Shown piece after piece: positions 35,001 through 42,360 of a DNA stretch of 64,000 nt (the stretch's first letter is position 1; each line of letters opens with the position of its first letter). The notes beneath the pieces are model-generated. The model saw only the letters and a list, made by a program, of their open reading frames with translations, was not told the DNA's origin and did not search any database. Both the position numbers and the translations under genes were made by a program. The DNA lies in assembly GCA_040772725.1 (NCBI GenBank), contig JAXGXR010000002.1, positions 411,570-475,569 of the forward strand, in the 5' to 3' direction. The stretch is from Clostridia bacterium. Its GTDB lineage: Bacteria; Bacillota; Clostridia; Saccharofermentanales; UBA5734.

Positions 35001-35255
35001 GGCATCCGGGCGCTCCTTGGCAATGATGTCCGTGAGCCGGTTCAGGTTCAGCGGCTCGATATAGGTGACATCGGCGATCTCCGGGTCGGTCATGATCGTG
35101 GCCGGATTCGAGTTCACCAGAACGATCGAATAGCCGAGCTTGCGCAAGGCTTTGCAGGCCTGGGTGCCTGAGTAGTCAAACTCGCAGGCCTGACCGATGA
35201 CGATTGGACCGGAGCCGATGATGAGTATTTTGTGAATGTCGGTTCTTATTGGCAT
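32031..35255 (-). CDS. carB: carbamoyl-phosphate synthase large subunit
   Basis: MPIRTDIHKILIIGSGPIVIGQACEFDYSG start, duplicated ATP-grasp halves and an MGS-like C-terminus. GGAGG RBS 8 nt before ATG 35255. No carA lies adjacent. Confidence 0.95.
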   Translation of the reverse strand: MPIRTDIHKILIIGSGPIVIGQACEFDYSGTQACKALRKLGYSIVLVNSNPATIMTDPEIADVTYIEPLNLNRLTDIIAKERPDAVLPNLGGQSALNLCSELSREGVLDKYGVKVIGVQIDAIERGEDRIAFKETMARLGIEMPRSEPAYSVDEAELIAANLGYPVVIRPAYTMGGTGGGLVYNVEELRIIAQRGIAASLVGQILVEESVLGWEELELEVVRDAKNQMITVCFIENIDAIGVHTGDSFCSAPMLTISPTLQQRLQQYAYSVVEAIEVIGGTNVQFAHDPKSGRVVIIEINPRTSRSSALASKATGFPIALVSAMLAAGLTLDEIPYWRDGTLDKYTPSGDYVVIKFARWAFEKFKGVEDKLGTQMRAVGEVMSIGKNYKEALQKAIRSLEIGRYGLGFAKDFNKLSLGELMAMLVEPTSERQFILYEALRKGAEIDQLYKLTYIKPYFLKQMKELVDLEEQILACKGSSLPDALLVEAKKSGFADKYLGQILGVPEAQVRRQRMALGVVEGWEAVPVSGVENAAYYFSTYNAPDQAPVSNRKKVMILGGGPNRIGQGIEFDYCCVHTAFTLRDLGYESVIVNCNPETVSTDYDTSDKLYFEPLTVEDVLSIYEKEQPLGVIVQFGGQTPLNIANELAAEGVRILGTTPDTIDLAEDRDRFRAIMDALEIPMPQSGMAVNVEEAVTIASDIGYPLMVRPSYVLGGRGMEIVHDEAMLRQYMAAAVGVTPDRPILIDRFLGHALECEADAIANGQDAFVPTVMEHIEFAGIHSGDSACVIPPVSISEKHLATIVDYTKKIAKALNVVGLMNMQYAIADDRVYVLEANPRASRTVPLVSKVCNISMARIATELVMAAAENRPSSLSGLENRPIPHFGVKESVFPFNMFPEVDPILGPEMRSTGEVLGMADSFELAFFKAEEAAQATLPTSGTVLISVNDYDKADALEAARLFASIGFKLKATRGTQKFLADNGIDAEVINKRHEGRPDIADGITNKEIQLVINTPAGKLSEFDDSYIRKAAIRYKVPYITTMTAALASARGIAAFQTIVAPGSTVKSLQEYHAAIQG

Positions 35256-35304
35256 AAGGGTGGCCTCCATGTGTCTCAGGTTGCCGTGACGATGCGGCTT
35301 TGGC

Positions 35305-35338
35305 TGAATAAATATACACGACGATAAATAAAAATGCA
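35305..35338 (-). promoter_or_regulatory. two tandem ARG-box-like sites upstream of carB
   Basis: On the minus strand: TGCATTTTTATTTA, 6 nt, then TGTATATTTATTCA. These match TGAAT-wwww-ATTCA at 12/14 and 13/14 positions, with the spacing expected of paired 18-bp ARG boxes, about 50-85 nt upstream of the start. Confidence 0.45.
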
Positions 35339-35415
35339 ATCGTGTGCGGAAGTCTTGTCTTCAATATACACTGAATGGAGGTGCTGTTGGCAGACAATTG
35401 TGATAAAATTTCCGC

Positions 35416-36162
35416 ATGTTTCATTTAAAGACCATAAAAAGACCGGCGTTTGGCGACGGCTTCAAAGATGGCATGCCCATCGGATTGGGGTATATGACCG
35501 TATCTTTCGCATATGGTCTGTTTGCAGTCGAAGGTGGACTCACGACCTTGTCGACTGTGCTGATCTCCGTGACAAACCTCACATCAGCCGGTCAGTTCGC
35601 CGGAACCGGCCTGATTTTCCAGGCTGCCCCCTATGTGGAGATTTTTCTGACGGTCCTTTTGATCAACCTGCGCTACATGCTGATGTCGCTGTCGCTGACC
35701 CAGAAGTTACGTCCCGGGATCGGCCTGGTGCCACGACTGATCATCGGCTACGGTGTGACAGACGAGATTTACGCCATGGCGGCTTTGCGCAGCGGCGAGA
35801 TCACCGTTACCTATATGGCGGGTCTGATGTCTTTGCCGGTCGCTGGCTGGACGCTTGGGACAACAATGGGCGCGCTGGCGGGGACCATTCTGCCGGCGGC
35901 CATTCGCAGTGCCCTCGGCATCGCCCTTTACGCGATGTTCATCGCGATCATCGTCCCGCCGGCCCGCCAGGCCCGACCGGTGCTGATGGTCGTGATCCTG
36001 GCCGCCGGGCTCAGCATCGCAGGTTCTTACCTGCCAGTACTTCGCGACACCCCATCAGGCTGGCGCCTGATCGCCGCCACCTTGGCTGCGGCTCTGGCCG
36101 GCGCTGTCCTGGCACCGATCCAGACTGTGTCATCCGCGGAGAAGGAGGAATGGCATGCCTGA
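35416..36162 (+). CDS. azlC: AzlC-family protein (second copy)
   Basis: FKDGMPIGLGYMTVSFAYGL...SAGQFA...LINLRYMLMS are AzlC motifs. Confidence 0.82.
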   Translation: MFHLKTIKRPAFGDGFKDGMPIGLGYMTVSFAYGLFAVEGGLTTLSTVLISVTNLTSAGQFAGTGLIFQAAPYVEIFLTVLLINLRYMLMSLSLTQKLRPGIGLVPRLIIGYGVTDEIYAMAALRSGEITVTYMAGLMSLPVAGWTLGTTMGALAGTILPAAIRSALGIALYAMFIAIIVPPARQARPVLMVVILAAGLSIAGSYLPVLRDTPSGWRLIAATLAAALAGAVLAPIQTVSSAEKEEWHA

Positions 36163-36475
36163 CCAAGCGCTGATGGGCGCCATCCTGGTCATGATCGCCG
36201 CTTCGTGGCTGCCGCGCATGCTGCCACTGGCACTGGTGCGGCGACGGATCGAAAACCGCCTGTTCCGCTCATTCCTTTTCTATGTTCCCTATGCGGTTCT
36301 GGCTGCGATGACGATACCGGCCATTTTCACTTCGACAGGCTCGGTCTGGTCCGCGTCCGCCGGACTGTTGACCGCGGTCCTGCTCGGCTGGCGCGGCCGG
36401 GCACTTCTGACCGTGGCGCTAGGTGCGTCCACTGCTGTGTTCATAGTCGAACGGCTGCTGGAAATGTTCGTCTGA
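36155..36475 (+). CDS. azlD: AzlD-family protein (second copy)
   Basis: 106-aa membrane protein. AAGGAGG RBS. It overlaps the azlC 3-prime end. Confidence 0.8.
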   Translation: MPDQALMGAILVMIAASWLPRMLPLALVRRRIENRLFRSFLFYVPYAVLAAMTIPAIFTSTGSVWSASAGLLTAVLLGWRGRALLTVALGASTAVFIVERLLEMFV

Positions 36476-36512
36476 ATGGTCCGACCTGCCGCAAGGCCAG
36501 TGAACGGGACAG

Positions 36513-38126
36513 TCAATCCAACGGTCCGCTGCGATTGACCTGACTGAGAAAACGCGATTCCCGCCAATTGAGATCCTGCCAAGGCTGGACTTCGGATGCC
36601 TGCTGATAGTCGGCATGGGAGCCCTCGATCAGCACGCGGATGTCGTCCTGCTTTTTGATGTCGAAGCGAGGTGCGGCTTCCTGTAAAACCAGCAGGACAT
36701 CCGGCGACAACTGTCTGAAATAGGCAAGGTCCAGGACTCTTGAGGAGTCAGTCGTGGCCCGCTCGACATTGAATCGGGCGATTCGGGTGTCGGCGTCCAC
36801 TGCATTCAAAAGAACCAGTGACAGCAGCGCCGTGATGGCGGCTGTCTTGAAAAAAGCGAACGATGGCTTGAACTCCTTGACGACCAGAAAGACAAAAATG
36901 ATGGCCATGAGGATCATGAAAGCGCTGACGAAAAATCGCAGCAAAGTCAAGTCGTAGACCTGGATATACATCTGCATGCGGAACATGGCGGACAGCCATT
37001 GAATGAAACTGCCAAGGATCAACAGAAGGCTCTGGATGCGCAGGACATGACCGGCCGTTCCGGTTCGTCCGGCGCCCTTGACCGCCAGGAGGATCAGCAG
37101 CACATTGATCGGCGTGATGCCGGCCAGCTCGAAGAATCCGTTGCGCGCGTACTCGGCATAGCTCAGGCCATCCGGCAGCACAAATCGGAACGCGCCGGTC
37201 AGATAGGCGACCTGGATCACGGCGAACAGGATATATAGCGCATTGATACTGGCCAGGAACGCGTTCAGGGTGATCGGGTTCAGACGCATTGACTGTTGCT
37301 GATGGGACGGATCATGGTCTTGGCCGGCCGGACGAGACCGGGCGGTCACCAGATGCCAGCGGATACGACTGCTTTCCAGATAGCTGAAGATGAAGGGGAA
37401 CAGGACAAGCATCAAAGCCAGACTAGCCAGTTCTTCCTGGATTTCAACATTTTTCCAATAGTCCAGGATGTTGGAAACCACCTGGCCGAACACCTTGTCT
37501 GCCGAAGCGAGCAACGAACCGGCGATCAGCAGCACGGGAATGGCCAACAGGATCCCCAGGAGGATCTGCCCGAATATCCGGCCAGGCCGGGTGACGGAAC
37601 CTTCTGATTTGGTACCCGGTACCAAATCGGAATGCGAACCGGTCGCTTCCTTGATGATCACGCCCAGCCGCGACAGGCTGACGAAAGGCCGGACGATCGG
37701 CGCGAGGCCGGCTTCGACCCAGAACAGTGGTGTATCCCAGTCATGGGTGGAGCTTTGGGTCAGCAGAATGGACTGGACGACAAACAGGACCAAGAGAACG
37801 AGGAAATTGAGGGCGTGCAGCATCTCGTTGGCGTAGAAGTAGTAGGTCGAGCCTAGATACAGGCTGGCCACGGCAAGGCTGACCAGCAGGAGACGACGGC
37901 CGGGAGAGAAACGCTTCAGGCCATTGGTGCCGCCTTTTTGCCCCAGCGCACCGCTATACAGCCAAAGACCGGCCTGGGCGACTGTGATCGCAAGCGTCAG
38001 GCCGAGATTCCAGCCGCCGCGCAGCCAGAAAAAGACAGCAGCGGCACTGACGCCCAGGGCAATGAACAGCAGGCGCCAGGCATTGATTGGTGGAACGGGG
38101 TTTTCCGGAATGCTTTCATGGTTCAT
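36513..38126 (-). CDS. polytopic membrane protein (DUF4153/DUF4173-like) carrying an in-frame palindromic insert
   Basis: ~537 aa with more than 10 hydrophobic segments. AAAGGAG RBS before ATG 38126. It lies downstream of a DUF2975/HTH pair, and palindrome copy B encodes ...HSDLVPGTKSEGS... in a hydrophilic loop. Confidence 0.75.
   Translation of the reverse strand: MNHESIPENPVPPINAWRLLFIALGVSAAAVFFWLRGGWNLGLTLAITVAQAGLWLYSGALGQKGGTNGLKRFSPGRRLLLVSLAVASLYLGSTYYFYANEMLHALNFLVLLVLFVVQSILLTQSSTHDWDTPLFWVEAGLAPIVRPFVSLSRLGVIIKEATGSHSDLVPGTKSEGSVTRPGRIFGQILLGILLAIPVLLIAGSLLASADKVFGQVVSNILDYWKNVEIQEELASLALMLVLFPFIFSYLESSRIRWHLVTARSRPAGQDHDPSHQQQSMRLNPITLNAFLASINALYILFAVIQVAYLTGAFRFVLPDGLSYAEYARNGFFELAGITPINVLLILLAVKGAGRTGTAGHVLRIQSLLLILGSFIQWLSAMFRMQMYIQVYDLTLLRFFVSAFMILMAIIFVFLVVKEFKPSFAFFKTAAITALLSLVLLNAVDADTRIARFNVERATTDSSRVLDLAYFRQLSPDVLLVLQEAAPRFDIKKQDDIRVLIEGSHADYQQASEVQPWQDLNWRESRFLSQVNRSGPLD
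37602..37632. repeat. palindromic element, copy B (inside a CDS)
   Basis: TTCTGATTTGGTACC-C-GGTACCAAATCGGAA. The core GATTTGGTACC-C-GGTACCAAATC is perfect. Confidence 0.9.
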
Positions 38127-38164
38127 GGGTTTTGCGCTCCTTTTTGTGACACGTATTCTTGGCT

Positions 38165-38395
38165 TTAAGGATCGTGGTGAGTGTCCGGTTCGTTGGATTC
38201 GTACGCCAGCAGGTCGCCGGGCTGGCAGTCCAGGGCCCGGCACAAGGCTTCGAGGGTGGAAAAACGGACAGCTCGGGCGTGGCCGTTTTTCAGGATGGAC
38301 AGGTTGGCCAGCGTGATGTCGACCCGGCTGGCGAGCTCGTTCAGGCTCATCTTGCGACGGGCCATCATGACATCAAGATTGACGATAATCGGCAT
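38165..38395 (-). CDS. XRE-family HTH transcriptional regulator (YozG-like, 76 aa)
   Basis: MPIIVNLDVMMARRKMSLNELASRVDITLANLSILKNGHARAVRFSTLEALCRALDCQPGDLL. GAGGAGG RBS. Confidence 0.9.
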   Translation of the reverse strand: MPIIVNLDVMMARRKMSLNELASRVDITLANLSILKNGHARAVRFSTLEALCRALDCQPGDLLAYESNEPDTHHDP

Positions 38396-38406
38396 CGTTG
38401 TCCTCC

Positions 38407-38943
38407 TCATATGGTCATGTCGTTTTCCGTCTGGACCTTCCAGGCTTGACGGAAGACATCGGCCAGGATCAGGCAGACCACGCCGAAAAACAGGAAGAGC
38501 AGGAAGCAGAACAAGGTCAGCAACGTGATATAGAAGAACACCTTGACCAGGAACGCGCCCGCCAGCCAGAAAAACGCGATGGCCATCCATCGGAAGGCAC
38601 GTGCCTGACTGGACGCGAAGGGCTCGCCACGCTCGAATCGCCGCAGGATCCGGTGCCCCTGGGTCAGGACCAGGGCTGTGCCCAGACCGGAGGCGTACAG
38701 GAAACCGAGATAGAAGGAATAGCTCTCGGGCGGCAGATCAGCCGGGTATTCGGATGCCAGGCCGCCACTGACCGTTACGCCTTCAGCCGCGGCCGGGTCA
38801 AGCTGGACCAGGAGCTGCGGATGCTCGTACAGGGCGGTCAGGATGAGCGGCAGGAATATCAGCACCAGGATATTGAGCACAAGCATGGCATCGGCCAGAT
38901 ATCGAACGAGGGTCGACAGACTGCGCTTGCCGGTGATCTGCAT
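38407..38943 (-). CDS. DUF2975-like membrane protein
   Basis: 178 aa with four TM segments. It sits in the usual position immediately upstream of a YozG-type HTH gene. Confidence 0.75.
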   Translation of the reverse strand: MQITGKRSLSTLVRYLADAMLVLNILVLIFLPLILTALYEHPQLLVQLDPAAAEGVTVSGGLASEYPADLPPESYSFYLGFLYASGLGTALVLTQGHRILRRFERGEPFASSQARAFRWMAIAFFWLAGAFLVKVFFYITLLTLFCFLLFLFFGVVCLILADVFRQAWKVQTENDMTI

Positions 38944-39014
38944 GGTTTGTCACCTCCGAATGAGTGATATTTCATGACTTCTGGTTTTGTTTTATCACGA
39001 AATATTCTGTCATG

Positions 39015-39030
39015 CAATAAATATTTATTG
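39015..39030. promoter_or_regulatory. perfect 16-bp AT palindrome in the divergent intergenic region
   Basis: CAATAAATATTTATTG. Flanked by CATGCAATAA direct repeats (39011-39020 and 39064-39073). Confidence 0.35.
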
Positions 39031-39117
39031 AAAAACAATAAATTTGTGCATGTGGATGGATGACATGCAATAATCCGGTGATCTGATGTGTATTATTAAG
39101 TGAAGGGGGACAGGCAA

Positions 39118-39597
39118 GTGGATTCATTCAACCCGGGAAATCCCTTTCCATATGCGTATGAAAACCTGCTCGACACCGTCCTGAGGATTGCCCGACATCA
39201 CGTGGAAGGGCCATCCGATGCGGAAGACATCACACAGGACGTGTTTGTGACGCTGCTGGAGCATCGCCGTCCCTTCGCGAGCGCGGAACATCTGAAGGCC
39301 TGGATGATCCGCGTCACCCTCAACCGCTGCAGGAACCACAATCGGTCCGCGAGCCGGCGAAATGTGCCCTTGCCCGACCAGATACCGGTCGATCCTCCGG
39401 ACCGCTCGGTCCTGCAGGCGGTCCGATCCTTGCCCGCGCCTTATCGGACGGTCATTTACCTTCACTATTTCGAAGGCTATTCCACCCGGGAAATGGCCGG
39501 CCTGCTCAGACGCAAGCAGAACACGGTCCTGACCTGGCTGAAGCGGGGACGGGACCATCTGCGTCAACACATGATCGGAGGTTTTGACGATGAGTGA
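39118..39597 (+). CDS. ECF-type RNA polymerase sigma-70 factor
   Basis: Region 2 (AEDITQDVFVTLLE...KAWMIRVTLNRCRNH) and region 4 (LPAPYRTVIYLHYFEGYSTREMAGLLRRKQNTVLTWLKRGRDHL). The start is GTG 39118 after AGGGGGA; the ORF track starts at 39100. Confidence 0.88.
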   Translation: MDSFNPGNPFPYAYENLLDTVLRIARHHVEGPSDAEDITQDVFVTLLEHRRPFASAEHLKAWMIRVTLNRCRNHNRSASRRNVPLPDQIPVDPPDRSVLQAVRSLPAPYRTVIYLHYFEGYSTREMAGLLRRKQNTVLTWLKRGRDHLRQHMIGGFDDE

Positions 39598-41161
39598 GCA
39601 AAACCGTTCGCGAAAAGACTATGTCCGCGAAATCGAACAGATACAGGCTTCCGACACCTTGCGGCATCATATTCAAACTTTGGCGGCAGAACGGTCGGCC
39701 CATTCGAAGCCCGACCGTTCAAAGCGACCGCTCATCTGGGCTTTATCCGGTGTCGTGGCGGTGATCGTGCTCGTTTTCGCCCTGCCCTGGCTGTTTGCCC
39801 TCTTCACACCGGCCAGTGGCGGAGGAACGGGCAGCGGCCCGTCCGATGGCCGCCACTTCGACATTTACAAAGGGCCGATTCTGCCACTGGCAGCCGCTCA
39901 AGGCGGGGAGAACCTGCTGGTGAACCGGCACCTGGTACTGGACTTGTCCGCGTTTGACCCATACACGCCGTCCGGCACGACGCAGAGCAAAGTGCTTGCG
40001 TTGACTGAGCGATACACGCTGGAAAACCCGACGGACAAGGACATTGCCCTGAAAGCGATCGTTCCGTTCGTCTCATCGCTGGATCGGACCCCGGAACTCA
40101 TGCCGTCTCTGGTACTGGATGGCGACTCGCTTGACAGCCGTTTTTACGCTGGCTCCATCATTTACTCGCTGGATGAAGACGGGTTGAACTGGGAGCTGCC
40201 GACGAGCGCGGACACTTATGTGCAGACGCTGGCTGACGGGAAATACCTGGAACAGGCTCTTGCCGGACTGGCCGTCAAAGGCACGACACCCGTCACGATC
40301 TACACGTTCAAAAATTTGACAAAAAATCAGGAATTTGGCGACGCAGCCAACCTGGGCCTGAATGCCACCTTTGATCCTGACAAGTCAAGAATCATGGCTT
40401 TTGGCCTTTCCGGCAGCCATTACAAGGAATCGACCGGCCAGGTGATCATCAGCGGCTGGCTGATGCACGGAGAGGACCAGGGGGTCGTGGCTGTCCTTGG
40501 CGAGCCCTTGAAGGATGTGACCCTGAAAGGCTATACCAACGGCGGATGTGACGAGGAGTTGAAAGGCTTCAGCGGCGAAGTCGAGACAAATCAGGCTATT
40601 TTGGAAGAGGTGTTCCGACAGCAACTGGAAATATTCATCCAAAAGTCGGTCAACCTGACCGATCGGTTCAAAAGTGTCTCGGATTCCAGACAGCAACAGG
40701 ATTTTTCCGATGCGGTGTTTGATGCGGCCCTGGCCCTTTTTCAAGAACAGCTTCAGGAAAAGTATCAGCGTTATTGGGACCCGGTCACCCACATGGACTC
40801 GCTCATGGGCGATGCCTTGACGACAACCCGGGTGCTGTATCGGTCGGTGGATATCACGGTGCCGGCTCACCAGACGGTCGAGTTGACCATCGACAGTATC
40901 CGCAAGCCACATCAGAACATTTATAGAAAGGGCAAAAATCAAGAAGATAATGGCCTTCTTGGCTTCGATTGGCTGACGAGCACCGGTGACAGTCTGCCTT
41001 TGCGTCACCTGACGATGGATTTGACCCTGCCGGAGGGTGCGACGATCCGATACCAGAACCTCGGACTCCAAGCGGACGCGACCGGTAAGGTACAAATGAC
41101 CCTCGATCACGATACCACGCATTTCTATCTGGCGCTCACGGTGCCGGATTACGTGAAATAA
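39590..41161 (+). CDS. putative anti-sigma factor: single-pass membrane protein with a ~450-aa extracytoplasmic domain of unknown family
   Basis: It overlaps the sigma gene stop (GGAGG RBS). It has a short cytoplasmic N-tail without a zinc-finger motif, one TM helix (LIWALSGVVAVIVLVFALPWLF), and a large domain with no motif I recognise. Confidence 0.6.
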   Translation: MSEQNRSRKDYVREIEQIQASDTLRHHIQTLAAERSAHSKPDRSKRPLIWALSGVVAVIVLVFALPWLFALFTPASGGGTGSGPSDGRHFDIYKGPILPLAAAQGGENLLVNRHLVLDLSAFDPYTPSGTTQSKVLALTERYTLENPTDKDIALKAIVPFVSSLDRTPELMPSLVLDGDSLDSRFYAGSIIYSLDEDGLNWELPTSADTYVQTLADGKYLEQALAGLAVKGTTPVTIYTFKNLTKNQEFGDAANLGLNATFDPDKSRIMAFGLSGSHYKESTGQVIISGWLMHGEDQGVVAVLGEPLKDVTLKGYTNGGCDEELKGFSGEVETNQAILEEVFRQQLEIFIQKSVNLTDRFKSVSDSRQQQDFSDAVFDAALALFQEQLQEKYQRYWDPVTHMDSLMGDALTTTRVLYRSVDITVPAHQTVELTIDSIRKPHQNIYRKGKNQEDNGLLGFDWLTSTGDSLPLRHLTMDLTLPEGATIRYQNLGLQADATGKVQMTLDHDTTHFYLALTVPDYVK

Positions 41162-41290
41162 CGCTTAAACGAATATCTTTTGATATACTCGTGACAAGCC
41201 ACTGGACCAGACTGCTGACCGGCAGTTTTCGAAAGAGGCTTGCCACGAGTATTTCTACATGGGTCACCTGATTTAAAGGAGTCATCTCAC

Positions 41291-42124
41291 ATGCTGAACA
41301 TCGGATGCCACCTGTCTGTCGCCAACGGCTATCGCCGGATGGGCGAAGAAGCCCTCTCCATCGATGCCAACACCTTCCAGTTCTTTTCACGAAATCCACG
41401 TGGCAGCCAGATGCGCGCGCTGGACGAAGCCGACATCGGCGCGTTGCGCGATCTGCTGGAAAAACACCGGTTCGCGCCGGTCCTGGCGCACGCCCCCTAC
41501 ACGATGAACCCCTGCTCCGCCGACCCGCACCTGCGGGAACTGGCGGTCCGCATGATGCAGGAAGACCTGGCCCGGCTCGAATACCTGCCGGGCAACCTGT
41601 ATAACTTCCATCCGGGCAGTCACACCGGCCAGGGCATCGAGACCGGTATCAACCAGATTGTCGAAGCGCTCGACCAGGTGCTGCGGCCCGGTCTTCAAAC
41701 ACGGATCCTGTTGGAAGGCATGTCCGGAAAAGGCAGCGAGGTCGGCAGTCGTTTCGAGGAATTGCGTGCCATCATCGACCGGGTGGAGCAGCCTGAAATC
41801 ATGGGCGTCTGTCTCGACACCTGCCATCTATATTCAGCCGGATACGATGTGGTTCAGGACCTGGACGGCGTGCTGGAGACATTTGACCGGATTGTCGGCC
41901 TCGACCGACTCAGGGCGATCCATCTGAACGACAGTCTGGTGCCTTTTGCCAGCCACAAAGACCGACATGCCGCGATCGGGGAGGGCACGATCGGGACCGA
42001 TGCCATCCTGCGCGTGATCAACCACCCGCAATTGCGCCAACTGCCTTTCTATCTTGAAACGCCGAATGAGGTGCCCGGCTATGCGGCGGAGATCCGGCTC
42101 CTGCGGGCCGGCTTCCTGGAATGA
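41291..42124 (+). CDS. nfo: deoxyribonuclease IV (endonuclease IV)
   Basis: MLNIGCHLS..., FQFFSRNPRG, HAPYTMN, NFHPGSH, GVCLDTCH, HLNDS: the Nfo TIM-barrel metal-ligand pattern. AAGGAG RBS. Confidence 0.92.
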   Translation: MLNIGCHLSVANGYRRMGEEALSIDANTFQFFSRNPRGSQMRALDEADIGALRDLLEKHRFAPVLAHAPYTMNPCSADPHLRELAVRMMQEDLARLEYLPGNLYNFHPGSHTGQGIETGINQIVEALDQVLRPGLQTRILLEGMSGKGSEVGSRFEELRAIIDRVEQPEIMGVCLDTCHLYSAGYDVVQDLDGVLETFDRIVGLDRLRAIHLNDSLVPFASHKDRHAAIGEGTIGTDAILRVINHPQLRQLPFYLETPNEVPGYAAEIRLLRAGFLE

Positions 42125-42312
42125 CCAACCCTTTGGCTTGGCGATGGTGCCAGTTGCCGTTTCGGTACTTAATCATGAGCTCGCCTGAAACCCTCTGCGG
42201 CTGTAGCTTTCAGGACGTGATGATGCGCTGGTTCCGAAATCCCGTCTGGCACCCCCAACACACGTTATATTGTTCAATCCTGAACATTCCAGTTATAATT
42301 GGGTTAACCGAC

Positions 42313-42343
42313 TTCGGATTTGGTACCCGGTACCAAAACAGTA
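42313..42343. repeat. palindromic element, copy C (degenerate right arm)
   Basis: TTCGGATTTGGTACC-C-GGTACCAAAACAGTAA, ending 17 nt before ATG 42361. Confidence 0.8.
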
Positions 42344-42360
42344 AACAGGAGATAAAGATT

